From contig JBEBXQ010000007.1 of assembly GCA_040391535.1 (NCBI GenBank), positions 816 through 64,815 on the forward strand: a stretch of DNA of 64,000 nucleotides. The letters run 5' to 3'. This DNA comes from Telluribacter sp. GTDB taxonomy: Bacteria; Bacteroidota; Bacteroidia; Cytophagales; Spirosomataceae. Numbering within the stretch: the first letter of the stretch is position 1; each line of letters opens with the position of its first letter. This document shows positions 38,261 through 48,372 of this stretch, one piece after another. The position numbers were made by a program, and so were the translations under genes. The notes beneath the pieces were generated by a model, which saw nothing but the letters and a program-made list of their open reading frames with translations, was not told the DNA's origin and did no database searches.

Positions 38261-39619
38261 TTAAGCTTTCTTTCTGGCTTCGTTCTCTGTTTTCACCAGT
38301 GCTTCAAATTCTTCAACTTCGATCGTTTTTTCAGTCTGCGCAATATTTTCTTTAATCACACCGAATACTTTGTTATCCAGCAACTGATTAAAAATCTGCG
38401 TAGTATTATCCTTTTCCTGATCTCTCAGGTAACCCAGCGCAATTTTATCGATCATTTCGTTCATTTCACCTTCCTGCGCATAGATGCCAAACTGGTCACG
38501 TACCATATTACGGGTAAATTCCAGAATTTCAGGGTATTCAACCGTCAGATTAAATGTTTCGGCAATACGGTTACGGATCAGATTGTATTTGATGGACTTT
38601 TTGATGTCTTCGTATTGTTCCTCAATCTGAGTACGGGTGAAGTTTCCTTCATTGGATTTCTCCAGCCAGTTTTTCAGGAATTCATCAGGAAGCTCAATTT
38701 CGATGCTGTTAAGTAACGATTGCTCAGCTTTCAGACGAAGGTAGTTTTCAGATTCGCGGGTATAGTTTTCCTTAACTACATCCATCAGTTTCTCACGGAA
38801 CTGCTCCTCTGTTTCCACTGTATTTTCACCGAAGACATTATTAAAGAACTCCTGATTGATTTCAGCAGGTGCCTGACGGTTAATATCTTCTACCTTGAAG
38901 GTGAATTCACCTTCAAGACTGTCTGTTTCTTCTTTTTTCTTGCCGGTTACATGGGCTATGGCAGCCTGATCCTCAAAGGTATTCTGGATGTCCAGTGTAA
39001 TCACATCGTCCTTTTTAACACCTGTGAATTTGTCAAGGACTTCTTCTTTTACTTTGTTGGTCGGAATGGCGGTCTTGGTACTGAATTCAGAGGATTCCTG
39101 TGCAAGCTCACCGAAGATCATATCACCCTTTTCTGCACTTTCAGGATGGATGGTTTGGGCAAAACGCTCTTTCAGATTTTCAATGGTTGAATCCAACTCT
39201 TTGTCTCCTGCGTTGATCGTTAATTTATCAACAGCCGGGATAGCAGCAAAATCAATGACAAAATCTGTAGCCAGACCCAAATCATAACTGAAGTTATACG
39301 TAGTGTCTTTACTCCACTCGATATCAGCAATTCCATCGGTCTGCGGAAGAGGATCTCCTACAATCTGCAGTTTGTTATCCTTGATATAATCAGATACTGC
39401 ATGGCTGAGCAGATGATTCACTTCATCAATCAGAATACTTTTGCCATACATTCTCTCGATCACGTTGACAGGTACTTTGCCTGGACGGAAACCTTTCAGA
39501 GAAACTTTTTTGCTATAATCTTTGATTGATTTATCTACTTTCGGACGGTAATCTTCCGGCGTAAGCGTTACTTTTAACGAAGCCAATGTTGGCGAGCTTT
39601 TTTCTAACAGAACTTCCAT
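38261..39619 (-). CDS. tig: Trigger factor
   Basis: 452 aa. N-terminus MEVLLEKSSPTLASLKVTLTPEDY...FRPGKVPVNVIERMYGKS. Confidence 0.9.
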   Translation of the reverse strand: MEVLLEKSSPTLASLKVTLTPEDYRPKVDKSIKDYSKKVSLKGFRPGKVPVNVIERMYGKSILIDEVNHLLSHAVSDYIKDNKLQIVGDPLPQTDGIADIEWSKDTTYNFSYDLGLATDFVIDFAAIPAVDKLTINAGDKELDSTIENLKERFAQTIHPESAEKGDMIFGELAQESSEFSTKTAIPTNKVKEEVLDKFTGVKKDDVITLDIQNTFEDQAAIAHVTGKKKEETDSLEGEFTFKVEDINRQAPAEINQEFFNNVFGENTVETEEQFREKLMDVVKENYTRESENYLRLKAEQSLLNSIEIELPDEFLKNWLEKSNEGNFTRTQIEEQYEDIKKSIKYNLIRNRIAETFNLTVEYPEILEFTRNMVRDQFGIYAQEGEMNEMIDKIALGYLRDQEKDNTTQIFNQLLDNKVFGVIKENIAQTEKTIEVEEFEALVKTENEARKKA

Positions 39620-39652
39620 TCCGGGTCGTGTTTTGACGAGTTAACTGTGATT

Positions 39653-39694
39653 AAAAAAAATGAAAGCCCTCAAAACATTTGGTCCTGAGGGCTT
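39653..39694 (-). terminator. Intrinsic terminator downstream of tRNA-Leu
   Basis: 9-bp stem AAGCCCTCA (39664-39672) / TGAGGGCTT (39686-39694). On the minus strand it is followed by TTTCATTTTTTTT. Confidence 0.65.
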
Positions 39695-39750
39695 CAGTTG
39701 AGGTTTCATTAATTATTAGCTGTTCACTAAAATTGCTGTTTCCCCGTTTG

Positions 39751-39832
39751 TACGGGCGGAGGGAATCGAACCCCCACGCCTTGCGGCACTAGATCCTAAG
39801 TCTAGCACGTCTACCAGTTCCGCCACGCCCGC
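39751..39832 (-). tRNA. tRNA-Leu (anticodon UAG)
   Basis: The minus strand reads GCGGGCGTGGCGGAACTGGTAGACGTGCTAGACTTAGGATCTAGTGCCGCAAGGCGTGGGGGTTCGATTCCCTCCGCCCGTA. It has a 7-bp acceptor stem, an anticodon stem CTAGA/TCTAG with loop CTTAGGA, a long variable arm GCC-GCAA-GGC and a TTCGATT T-loop. No CCA is encoded. Confidence 0.92.
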
Positions 39833-39881
39833 TTCTATTTAACTGAGGACTTTTATATTTCCTCTCTTCGTTTTCGGACTG

Positions 39882-39889
39882 CAAAGGTA
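39882..39889 (-). promoter_or_regulatory. Candidate -7 box (TACCTTTG on the minus strand) for tRNA-Leu
   Basis: Matches TAnnTTTG, about 50 nt upstream of the mature tRNA 5' end. Confidence 0.3.
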
Positions 39890-40001
39890 AGGGGGAGTGG
39901 TTTGAAATTCCAAACATTCTGTGAAAAAAAATTAAAAAAAGTTTCCGGCTTGAATTCATGGATGTAAAATGTTATTTTGGTAAATTCGTTAAAGTATTAA
40001 T

Positions 40002-42272
40002 TTGAATAACGTGGAAGCTGTTGCTATTGACCTGGAGCTAGAAAGGAAGGAAATATTGAAGCGGTACCGCAAATTGTTGCGTACCGCCAAACCTTTTTTG
40101 AAAGATAATGACGCAAAACTGATAAAAAAGGCCTTTTTTACCTCGGTTGATGCGCATCATGAGATGAGACGACGCTCAGGGGAGCCGTATATCTACCATC
40201 CGCTGGCGGTGGCACAGATTGTCGTTGAAGAAATCGGGCTTGGTACCACATCCATTGTTTCGGCATTGCTGCATGATGTCGTGGAAGATACCGACATGAC
40301 CATCAAGGATATTGACCGGTTGTTTGGTAAAAAGGTTGCCCAGATCATTGACGGGCTGACGAAGATTTCAGGGAAATTTGAGTACGGAACTTCGCAGCAG
40401 GCAGAAAACTTCAGGAAAATGCTGCTGACCCTGTCGGAAGACGTAAGGGTTATTCTGATCAAGCTGGCTGACCGGTTGCATAACATGCGTACCCTTGACA
40501 GCATGCCCAGAGACAAGCAGCTTAAGATTGCTTCCGAAACGATTTTTGTATATGCTCCGCTTGCCCATAGGCTGGGATTGTATGCTATTAAATCTGAGCT
40601 GGAGGATTTGTATCTGAAATATGCAGAACCGGATGCTTATCGTGCTGTAGCCAGAAAGTTGCGCGAAACCAAAAATACAAGGGACCGGTTTATTTCCAGG
40701 TTTGTGGAGCCCATTATTGCGGATCTTGATGATGCAGGTTTTAAATATGCCATTAAAGGCCGGCCTAAATCCATTTATTCCATCTGGAATAAAATGAAGA
40801 AGCAGAATAAGCCTTTTGAAGAAATTTATGACCTGTTTGCCATCCGTATCATTATTGACGCACCCACGGAATTTGAAAGAGAGAAAGCACTTTGCTGGCA
40901 GGCTTATTCCATGGTTACCGACCATTATAAACCGAATCCGGATCGTCTGAAAGACTGGATTAATACGCCCCGTGCCAACGGCTATCAGTCACTACATTCA
41001 ACCGTAATGAGTAAAACGGGTCAGTGGGTAGAAGTGCAGATCCGTACCTCCCGGATGGACGAGATTGCTGAGAAAGGTTACGCGGCACACTGGAAGTACA
41101 AAGGGAATGAAACCAAAGTAAGAGGAAATATTGAACAGTGGATTAATCAGGTCCGGGAGACCCTGGAAAACGGTGTGGGTGACCGGACTGCAGCCATTGA
41201 ATTTCTCGACGAATTCCGTAGTAACCTGTTTAGTGAAGAAGTATTTGCCTTTACACCGAAAGGTGACCTGAAAGTTCTGCAACGTGGGGCTACTGCGCTT
41301 GATTTTGCCTATGAAATCCATACGGAAGTAGGAGCACGGTGTATGGCTGCCAAAGTAGGAGGCTCTCTGGTACCTATCAGTTATGTTTTGCAGAATGGTG
41401 ATCAGGTGGAGATTATTACTTCTAACAAGCAAAAGCCCAATGACGACTGGCTGAGAATTGTGGTGACGTCTAAAGCCCGGGCACGCATTAAGGACTTTCT
41501 GAAAGAAGAAAGCCGGGTTTATGAATCAGACGGGCGTCAGATTGTGGAAAAGAAACTCAAATTGCTGGGTATTGAAATGTCAGCAGAGATTATCAATCAG
41601 CTAAGGGCTTTCTTTGAATGTAAAACGCCGGTTGACTTTTTTTACAGAATAGGGAAAGGGTATATCAATCCTGATGAACTCAAACGTTTTAAGCGGTATA
41701 AGGAAACCAAAGAGCAGAAACAGAAAATATCTTCGGATGACGCATCCGATGGGAAAGAGTTTGTTTCCCTGCTCAAGAATATTCATGGAGAAAGATCCGA
41801 CAGTGATACCCTGCTGATCGGAGAGGATATGGATAAAATTGATTACAGACTGGCCCCCTGTTGTAATCCGATTGCCGGTGACGATGTGTTTGGATTTGTT
41901 ACCATCAATGAAGGCATAAAAATCCACCGTACGACCTGCCCGAACGCAGCCGAGCTGATGGCTAAGCACGGTAACCGTATCCTGAAAGCCAAGTGGAAAT
42001 CCCAGAAGGAAGAAGCCTTTCTGGCTGGATTGAGAATTACCGGAATGGACAGGGTAGGACTGGTGAATGATGTTACCCGTATTATTTCTAATGAACTCCA
42101 TATCAATATGCGGGGAATAACAATTGATACCAAAGAAGGGTTGTTTGAAGGAGATATTAAGCTCTATGTACACGATACCAAACACCTTGATACGTTAATT
42201 AATAAGTTGGAAAGAGTAAACGGGGTATATAAAGTGCTGAGATTTGACGCAAACCTGAATATGGCAATTTAA
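40002..42272 (+). CDS. spoT: Bifunctional (p)ppGpp synthetase/hydrolase, RelA/SpoT homologue
   Basis: 756 aa. HD hydrolase motif (YIYHPLAVA..LHDVVEDT), RelA/SpoT synthetase region (SIWNKMKK..IYDLFAIRIII..GYQSLHSTV), TGS region and a C-terminal ACT-like region. TTG or GTG start. Confidence 0.9.
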   Translation: MNNVEAVAIDLELERKEILKRYRKLLRTAKPFLKDNDAKLIKKAFFTSVDAHHEMRRRSGEPYIYHPLAVAQIVVEEIGLGTTSIVSALLHDVVEDTDMTIKDIDRLFGKKVAQIIDGLTKISGKFEYGTSQQAENFRKMLLTLSEDVRVILIKLADRLHNMRTLDSMPRDKQLKIASETIFVYAPLAHRLGLYAIKSELEDLYLKYAEPDAYRAVARKLRETKNTRDRFISRFVEPIIADLDDAGFKYAIKGRPKSIYSIWNKMKKQNKPFEEIYDLFAIRIIIDAPTEFEREKALCWQAYSMVTDHYKPNPDRLKDWINTPRANGYQSLHSTVMSKTGQWVEVQIRTSRMDEIAEKGYAAHWKYKGNETKVRGNIEQWINQVRETLENGVGDRTAAIEFLDEFRSNLFSEEVFAFTPKGDLKVLQRGATALDFAYEIHTEVGARCMAAKVGGSLVPISYVLQNGDQVEIITSNKQKPNDDWLRIVVTSKARARIKDFLKEESRVYESDGRQIVEKKLKLLGIEMSAEIINQLRAFFECKTPVDFFYRIGKGYINPDELKRFKRYKETKEQKQKISSDDASDGKEFVSLLKNIHGERSDSDTLLIGEDMDKIDYRLAPCCNPIAGDDVFGFVTINEGIKIHRTTCPNAAELMAKHGNRILKAKWKSQKEEAFLAGLRITGMDRVGLVNDVTRIISNELHINMRGITIDTKEGLFEGDIKLYVHDTKHLDTLINKLERVNGVYKVLRFDANLNMAI

Positions 42273-42361
42273 GCATACAGGCAGCGGTTATCCCACTTTT
42301 TTATCAGAGTTTGCCCGATAACTCGGAAAAACCAACTAATTTGCAACAGATTTCTGAGATT

Positions 42362-42856
42362 ATGAAAGAGAACGTTCAATCGAATTTTGAAGCGGCAAAA
42401 AAAATACTGACCGCTTATCTTGAAAGCAAGGGGCTGCGTAAAACTCCCGAACGGTTTGCTATACTGGAAGAGATATACACACGAGGAGACCACTTTGATG
42501 TGGATGAATTGTATATCAGCATGAAAAATAAACGGTACCGGGTCAGCCGTGCAACAGTTTATAACACGCTGGATGTACTCGTAGACTGTGATTTGGTTAC
42601 CAAGCACCAGTTTGGTAAAAATCTTGCCCAGTATGAAAAATCGTACGGATTTAAACAGCATGATCACCTCATCTGTACAGACTGTAACAAGGTGATGGAA
42701 TTCTGTGATCCAAGGGTGCAGAACATTCAGAATATGGTGGGTGAAATGCTTAATTTCAATGTTGTACATCACTCATTGATCTTTTACGGTAATTGCACCA
42801 GATCCAAATGTGAAAATAAATCGGAAGCCAGAAAAGAAGTGGCAGCACTAGGTTAA
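42362..42856 (+). CDS. fur: Fur-family transcriptional regulator
   Basis: Preferred start MKENVQS. Winged-helix region (LRKTPERFAILEEIY..VSRATVYNTLDVLV) and a CxxC pair (CTDCNKVMEFCD). Confidence 0.85.
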   Translation: MKENVQSNFEAAKKILTAYLESKGLRKTPERFAILEEIYTRGDHFDVDELYISMKNKRYRVSRATVYNTLDVLVDCDLVTKHQFGKNLAQYEKSYGFKQHDHLICTDCNKVMEFCDPRVQNIQNMVGEMLNFNVVHHSLIFYGNCTRSKCENKSEARKEVAALG

Positions 42857-42927
42857 GTTGTATTCTAAAAATTAACTAAAATCAAATATTCAGGATTCGG
42901 CCATGCCGGATCTTACTATTTAAACCA

Positions 42928-44229
42928 ATGAAAGTAGACGTTCTGCTAGGGCTCCAGTGGGGAGACGAAGGTAAAGGTAAAATTGTAGACGTGCTGGCTC
43001 CTCAGTATGAGGTTGTCGCGCGTTTTCAGGGTGGTCCTAATGCTGGGCACACGCTTGAGTTTGAAGGGAACAAGCATGTATTACATCAGATACCTTCCGG
43101 AATATTCCGTTCCGATATTCTGAATATCATCGGTAACGGCGTAGTGCTGGATCCTGTGGTTTTCAAAAAGGAAATTGAGGCGCTGGCCAAATTTAATCTG
43201 GATCTGAAGACCAATCTTCTGATTTCCAAAAAAGCTTCCCTGATTTTACCAACGCACCGTTTACTGGATGCAGCTTATGAACAGGCAAAAGGTGATGCAA
43301 AAATAGGCTCTACACTCCGTGGTATCGGACCTACCTATCAGGATAAAGTTGCCCGTCTTGGCTTAAGGGTCGGTGATATTATCTCCCCTAATTTTGAAAC
43401 AAAATATAAACTCCTTGTCGATACTCATAAAACCCTGCTTGAGTTTTATCATTTTGACTATGAAACTTCGCTGGCCAATGCTGAGAAGGACTTCTTTGAA
43501 GCAGTAGAATTCCTGAAGCAGTTCCAGTTGGTAAATAGCGAATATACAGTTAACAATGCATTGGAAGCCGGTAAAAGCGTGCTGGCCGAAGGAGCTCAGG
43601 GGTCACTCCTTGATGTTGATTTCGGATCTTATCCTTTTGTCACCAGTTCAAGTACCATGACCGCAGGAGCCTGCACAGGCCTTGGCGTTTCTCCGAAGCA
43701 GATCGGAGAGGTTTTTGGAATTTTTAAAGCTTACTGTACACGTGTGGGCAGCGGGCCGTTCCCGACCGAGCTGGATGATGAAACGGGGGAAAGAATCCGT
43801 CAGATAGGACGGGAGTTCGGGGCTACTACCGGCAGAATCAGAAGAACTGGCTGGCTGGACCTGCCGGCATTGAAATATGCGATCATGCTGAATGGCGTGA
43901 CCAGGCTGATTATGATGAAAGCCGACGTACTGAATGATTTTGAGACCATTCGTGTGTGTACGCATTATAAACTCGATGACGGTACCATTACCAGTGAACT
44001 GCCCTACGATTTGTGTGATACCCATACCGAGCCCGTATATAAGGACTTCGCCGGCTGGCAGCAGGATCTGGAGAATATCCAGAATTTTGAAGAGGTACCT
44101 GAAAATCTTGCCATATATGTAAAATTCCTTGAAGATGAATTAGGATTACCTGTCAGCTTTATTTCTACAGGGCCCGACAGAGATGCGCTGATTTATAAAG
44201 ACGCTCCTTTTACGTCAGAAAAAGTATAA
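42928..44229 (+). CDS. purA: Adenylosuccinate synthase
   Basis: 433 aa. Motifs LGLQWGDEGKGKIVD, GGPNAGHT and TTGRIRRTGWLD. Confidence 0.95.
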   Translation: MKVDVLLGLQWGDEGKGKIVDVLAPQYEVVARFQGGPNAGHTLEFEGNKHVLHQIPSGIFRSDILNIIGNGVVLDPVVFKKEIEALAKFNLDLKTNLLISKKASLILPTHRLLDAAYEQAKGDAKIGSTLRGIGPTYQDKVARLGLRVGDIISPNFETKYKLLVDTHKTLLEFYHFDYETSLANAEKDFFEAVEFLKQFQLVNSEYTVNNALEAGKSVLAEGAQGSLLDVDFGSYPFVTSSSTMTAGACTGLGVSPKQIGEVFGIFKAYCTRVGSGPFPTELDDETGERIRQIGREFGATTGRIRRTGWLDLPALKYAIMLNGVTRLIMMKADVLNDFETIRVCTHYKLDDGTITSELPYDLCDTHTEPVYKDFAGWQQDLENIQNFEEVPENLAIYVKFLEDELGLPVSFISTGPDRDALIYKDAPFTSEKV

Positions 44230-44246
44230 TAACAGGCAATGATGAA

Positions 44247-44296
44247 GAGTGTAGCAGGAAAGTATATGCTTTACTGTTACACTCTTTTTATTTTGT
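44247..44296 (+). terminator. Intrinsic terminator for purA
   Basis: GAGTGTAGCAG (44247-44257) pairs with CTGTTACACTC (44274-44284, one G.U). Followed by TTTTTATTTTGTTTG. Confidence 0.7.
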
Positions 44297-44390
44297 TTGT
44301 TTGAAAATTGAATAAAATTCATAAAATTTATAAAAAATCAATAAATGTAACCGATTCTTAAGATAGAAATCTCCTTTAATCGCTTTCAAT

Positions 44391-46103
44391 ATGCAAAACC
44401 TGACATCCCATACATTTCCCTGGTTAAAATTTTATGACGAAGGTGTCCCGAGTGAAATCGATCCTGACGTTTTTCCGTCATTGATCGAATTTCTGGAAGA
44501 TGGTTTCCGAAGAAATGCAGATCTGGCGGCATACGGTAATATGGGAAAAACAATCACTTTCGGCGAGCTTGATGTCCTTACACGTCAATTCGCAGCCTAT
44601 CTTCAGAAAGCAGGAATGAAGAAGGGGGACAGAATAGCTATTCAGATGCCCAATACACTTCAATACCCTATTGCTGCATTTGGGGCGTTAAGAGCCGGAT
44701 TGACGGTCGTTAATACCAACCCGTTGTATACACCGCGTGAAATGCTGCACCAGTTCAAAGATTCCGGAGCCACAGCTATTGTTATCGTAGCTAATTTTGC
44801 TTCCAATCTGGAAAAAATTATTGATCAGACTGCGATCAGACATGTTATTGTTACCCAGTTGGGAGATATGCTGGGCTTTCCCAAGTCGCTCGTTGTAAAT
44901 GCAGTTGTGAAATATATAAAAAAAATGGTGCCTTCGTATGCATTACCGGGAGCTGTTCATTTCAGAAAAGCATTGGCAGAAGGTGCTCAGGCGACCTATC
45001 AAAGACCGGAGATGAAGAGCAGCGATATCGGGTTTATACAATATACAGGAGGTACTACAGGAGTAGCTAAAGGCGCTGCCCTGACGCACAGAAACCTGAT
45101 TGCCAATATTGAAGCCAATGCAGCATGGCTCAAGCCCGTTACCGATCAGCTGGAGACCAATAACCCCGTAATGGTGGCTGCCTTGCCTCTTTATCACGTA
45201 TATGCGTTAACAATCAATGCATTAATGGCTGTAAAGTGTGGTGGGTTTAATCTTTTACTCACTAACCCGCGTGATCTGGACTCGTCCATAAAAGATCTGA
45301 AAAAATATAAGATTAATATTTTTCCCGGCCTCAATACACTGTTTAACGGATTGTTAAATCATCCGAAATTTGCTGAAGTTGATTTCAGCGGATTGGTGGT
45401 AACTACAGCCGGTGGGATGGCGCTGCAGAGGGTCGTGGCCGAGCGCTGGCTGAAAGTGACGGGATGTATATTATCAGAAGGTTACGGGCTTTCAGAAACT
45501 TCGCCGGTAGTCAGTTCTAATCCGCTGATAAAGAATAACCGGCTCGGAACAATCGGAATACCGTGGCCGAGTACTGAATTAAGAATTCTGAGCGATGACG
45601 ATACCTGGGCTCCTGTTGGCGAAAGAGGTGAAATCTGTGTCCAGGGCCCGCAGGTAATGGCAGGGTACTATAACCGTCCGGAAGAAACGGAAAAGGCTTT
45701 TTTTATCTCTTCCGACGGAAGATGGTTCAGGACAGGGGACATTGGTGTGCAGGATGAAGACGGCTATTTTAAAATTGTAGACCGGAAGAAAGATATGATT
45801 CTCGTTTCAGGATTTAATGTTTATCCCAATGAAATTGAAGAGGTCGTTTCACAAATGGAAGGGGTGAGAGAAGTGGCCTGTGTAGGTATTCCGAATGAAA
45901 AATCCACGGAAATTGTGCAGTTGTTTATTGTGAAGAAAAACCCGGATTTAACGGAAAAGGAAGTAATGGATTTTTGCCGGGCTAATCTCACTGCCTATAA
46001 ATGCCCCAAAAAAATTGAATTCCGTGATGAATTACCCAAAACCAATGTAGGTAAAATTCTGCGGAAAGCGCTTCGTGAAGAATATATGAAGAAAGACAAC
46101 TAA
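44391..46103 (+). CDS. fadD: Long-chain-fatty-acid--CoA ligase (AMP-binding family)
   Basis: 570 aa. AMP-binding motifs YTGGTTGVAKGA, GYGLSETSP and TGDIGVQDEDGYFKIVDRKKD. Confidence 0.85.
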   Translation: MQNLTSHTFPWLKFYDEGVPSEIDPDVFPSLIEFLEDGFRRNADLAAYGNMGKTITFGELDVLTRQFAAYLQKAGMKKGDRIAIQMPNTLQYPIAAFGALRAGLTVVNTNPLYTPREMLHQFKDSGATAIVIVANFASNLEKIIDQTAIRHVIVTQLGDMLGFPKSLVVNAVVKYIKKMVPSYALPGAVHFRKALAEGAQATYQRPEMKSSDIGFIQYTGGTTGVAKGAALTHRNLIANIEANAAWLKPVTDQLETNNPVMVAALPLYHVYALTINALMAVKCGGFNLLLTNPRDLDSSIKDLKKYKINIFPGLNTLFNGLLNHPKFAEVDFSGLVVTTAGGMALQRVVAERWLKVTGCILSEGYGLSETSPVVSSNPLIKNNRLGTIGIPWPSTELRILSDDDTWAPVGERGEICVQGPQVMAGYYNRPEETEKAFFISSDGRWFRTGDIGVQDEDGYFKIVDRKKDMILVSGFNVYPNEIEEVVSQMEGVREVACVGIPNEKSTEIVQLFIVKKNPDLTEKEVMDFCRANLTAYKCPKKIEFRDELPKTNVGKILRKALREEYMKKDN

Positions 46104-46138
46104 GTCGAAGGAATATATTGTCCATACCCTTAATGCAG

Positions 46139-46170
46139 GTACACCGGCCCCGGGGTCGGTGTACTTTTTG
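46139..46170 (+). terminator. Intrinsic terminator for the CoA ligase gene
   Basis: GTACACCGGCCCCGGGGTCGGTGTAC forms a GC-rich hairpin of about 11-13 bp, followed by TTTTTG. Confidence 0.75.
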
Positions 46171-46214
46171 TATAAAACAGACCAAAGGATATCGGAAATT
46201 TATCGGGATCTATG

Positions 46215-46222
46215 TAAGTTTG
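46215..46222 (+). promoter_or_regulatory. Candidate -7 box (TAAGTTTG)
   Basis: Matches TAnnTTTG, 34 nt upstream of the 46256 start. Confidence 0.3.
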
Positions 46223-46255
46223 GGAAAATAAAACTGTAGCAGCAGCGAAAAGTCT

Positions 46256-47512
46256 ATGAAGGAATTTGAAAAGGCTTCAAGATTGGAAAATCTGAAATAT
46301 GATATTCGGGGTCCGATTTATCAGAAATCACTGGAACTTGAAAGTCAGGGTTATAAAATCATTAACCTCAATATTGGTAATCCTGCTCCGTTTGGCTTTG
46401 ATGCACCGGACGAAATTGTGCATGATATTATTATGAATATCCGGAATGCACAGGGATACTCAGACTCCAGAGGGTTATTTGCGGCCCGTAAAGCTGTTAT
46501 GCATTATACGCAGAACCAGGGCGTGCCAAATGTTGAAATCAATGATATTTTTATCGGGAATGGCGTAAGCGAACTTATTCTGCTTTCCATGCAGGCGTTG
46601 CTTAATCCTGGTGATGAAGTGCTGATTCCGGCTCCTGACTATCCATTATGGACTACTTCTGTTGCGCTGAGTGGTGGAAAACCCGTTCATTATATATGTG
46701 ATGAAGCCGATAACTGGAATCCTGACCTTGATGACCTGGAGAGTAAAATCACTTCCCGGACCAAAGCCATTGTTCTGATAAACCCCAATAATCCCACCGG
46801 TGCCGTTTATGACAGACAGGTGCTGGAACGCATGGCGTCAATCGCCGAAATGCATGGATTGATTTTGTTCTCTGATGAAATCTATGATAAAATCCTCTAT
46901 GACGAAGCCGTTCACTATCCTATGGCAACGCTGGTGAAAGATACGTTATGCGTTTCATTCGGAGGCTTATCCAAAAACTACCGCTCGGCAGGTTTCCGTG
47001 GCGGCTGGATGGTTTTCAGCGGAGCCAAGCATAAAGCAACGTCTTATATTGAAGGTATTCTGTTTCTGGCCAGCGCAAGGCTTTGCCCGAATGTGCCTAC
47101 CCAGTATGCTATTCAGACGGCCCTCGGAGGATATCAGAGTATTGAAGACCTTGTATTACCGACCGGTCGCCTCTATAAGCAAATGAAGCTGATATATGAC
47201 CGGCTGATCCGTATTCCCGGTGTAACCTGTGCCGAACCTAAAGGAGCTTTATATCTCTTTCCTAAAATTGACATGCCGCAGTTCGGGTATACAGAGGATA
47301 CTGATTTTGTCTATGATTTACTGGTAGAGCAAAAAGTACTGGTAGTAGCAGGTACAGGATTTAATTATAAAAATGACGGGCATTTCAGGATTGTTATATT
47401 ACCTGATGTCGAGATTTTAAATAAAGCGATGGACCGCATCGAACAATTCCTTAATAACCGGCGTGTGCATTCAGATTTTAAGATTGAAGAAGTATTAAGC
47501 AGAACGGTATAA
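46256..47512 (+). CDS. PLP-dependent aminotransferase, class I/II (AlaA-like)
   Basis: 418 aa. Motifs INLNIGNPAPFGF, NPNNPTGAVY and FGGLSKNYRSAGFRGGW (PLP-lysine context). Confidence 0.85.
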   Translation: MKEFEKASRLENLKYDIRGPIYQKSLELESQGYKIINLNIGNPAPFGFDAPDEIVHDIIMNIRNAQGYSDSRGLFAARKAVMHYTQNQGVPNVEINDIFIGNGVSELILLSMQALLNPGDEVLIPAPDYPLWTTSVALSGGKPVHYICDEADNWNPDLDDLESKITSRTKAIVLINPNNPTGAVYDRQVLERMASIAEMHGLILFSDEIYDKILYDEAVHYPMATLVKDTLCVSFGGLSKNYRSAGFRGGWMVFSGAKHKATSYIEGILFLASARLCPNVPTQYAIQTALGGYQSIEDLVLPTGRLYKQMKLIYDRLIRIPGVTCAEPKGALYLFPKIDMPQFGYTEDTDFVYDLLVEQKVLVVAGTGFNYKNDGHFRIVILPDVEILNKAMDRIEQFLNNRRVHSDFKIEEVLSRTV

Positions 47513-47517
47513 TCAAT

Positions 47518-47545
47518 GGCGCTTTTGACATGAAGCGCCTTTTTA
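47518..47545 (+). terminator. Intrinsic terminator for the aminotransferase gene
   Basis: GGCGCTT (47518-47524) pairs with AAGCGCC (47533-47539), followed by TTTTTA. Confidence 0.7.
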
Positions 47546-47596
47546 TCCTTCTGTGATTACTCCCTGAACTCCATATTTACTCAACCAGGAATAATA

Positions 47597-48370
47597 GTGA
47601 CTTTAGAACAAAAGAAACAGAGGCTTTTTCTGTTTTTGTGCGGACTTTTTCTAACCAATGCCATTATAGCAGAAATTATTGGAGTAAAGATCTTTTCCGT
47701 CGAACAACTCCTGGGCATTCCACCTTTACAGATTCCTGTCGGTGGCCAGAAATATGATTTTAACATGACTGCAGGAGTGGTTAACTGGCCTGTCGTTTTT
47801 CTTACATCTGATATTATCAATGAATACTTTGGCAAAAAAGGTGTCAGGCAGATTTCCTATCTGACCGCCGGTTTTATTGTGTATATGTTCATTGTCGTCT
47901 TTCTGGTCACAGCACTTCCGCCGGCACAGTTCTGGCTGGATCTTAACAATACTGACTCGTCAGGGAATTATTTTAATATGAACGAAGCCTTTATCAGGAT
48001 TTTCAGCCAGGGGCTGGGTATTATGATTGGCTCTATCGTAGCTTTTTTATTAGGCCAGTTACTGGACATCACCATTTTCGCATGGTTGAGAAAACTGACC
48101 GGTCATAAGCATATCTGGCTTCGGGCGACCGGATCTACCATGTTTTCCCAGATGATTGACAGTTTTCTTGTTATCGGTATTGCGTTTTTTGTTTTCGGTA
48201 ACTGGAGTCTGAATCAGGTATTTTCAGTGGGTACGGTTAACTATTTGTATAAAGGTATTATCGCCATTCTCACCACTCCTCTCATTTATATTGCCCACTA
48301 TCTGATAGACAGGTACCTGGGGAAAGAAAATGCTATCCGAATGACTGAAGAAGCAGCGTCGGGTTCCTGA
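47597..48370 (+). CDS. VUT-family (YhhQ/DUF165-like) queuosine-precursor transporter
   Basis: 257 aa, multi-TM. Motifs FLTSDIINEYFGKKG and RATGSTMFSQMIDSFLV are typical of the family. Apparent GTG start. Confidence 0.7.
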   Translation: MTLEQKKQRLFLFLCGLFLTNAIIAEIIGVKIFSVEQLLGIPPLQIPVGGQKYDFNMTAGVVNWPVVFLTSDIINEYFGKKGVRQISYLTAGFIVYMFIVVFLVTALPPAQFWLDLNNTDSSGNYFNMNEAFIRIFSQGLGIMIGSIVAFLLGQLLDITIFAWLRKLTGHKHIWLRATGSTMFSQMIDSFLVIGIAFFVFGNWSLNQVFSVGTVNYLYKGIIAILTTPLIYIAHYLIDRYLGKENAIRMTEEAASGS

Positions 48371-48372
48371 AA

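Noticed and set aside
38195-39190. Two long plus-strand ORFs (173 and 156 aa) antisense to trigger factor
   Set aside because: Their translations are low-complexity and F/L/N-rich, with no recognisable motifs. This is typical of the mirror frame of a Glu/Lys-rich gene. The tig call on the opposite strand is unambiguous.
40193-42185. Several minus-strand ORFs (96-194 aa) antisense to the RelA/SpoT gene
   Set aside because: They have no motifs and a biased composition, and they lie entirely inside a confidently identified gene. They are probably stop-codon-poor antisense frames.
42269-42772. 167-aa minus-strand ORF covering the fur gene
   Set aside because: The plus-strand frame gives a clear Fur-family protein (winged helix, CxxC). 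The antisense product has no recognisable features.
47546-47596. preQ1 riboswitch upstream of the VUT/YhhQ-like transporter
   Set aside because: The 50-nt spacer shows no preQ1-type stem plus A-rich tail, and it is almost entirely taken up by the preceding terminator flank.
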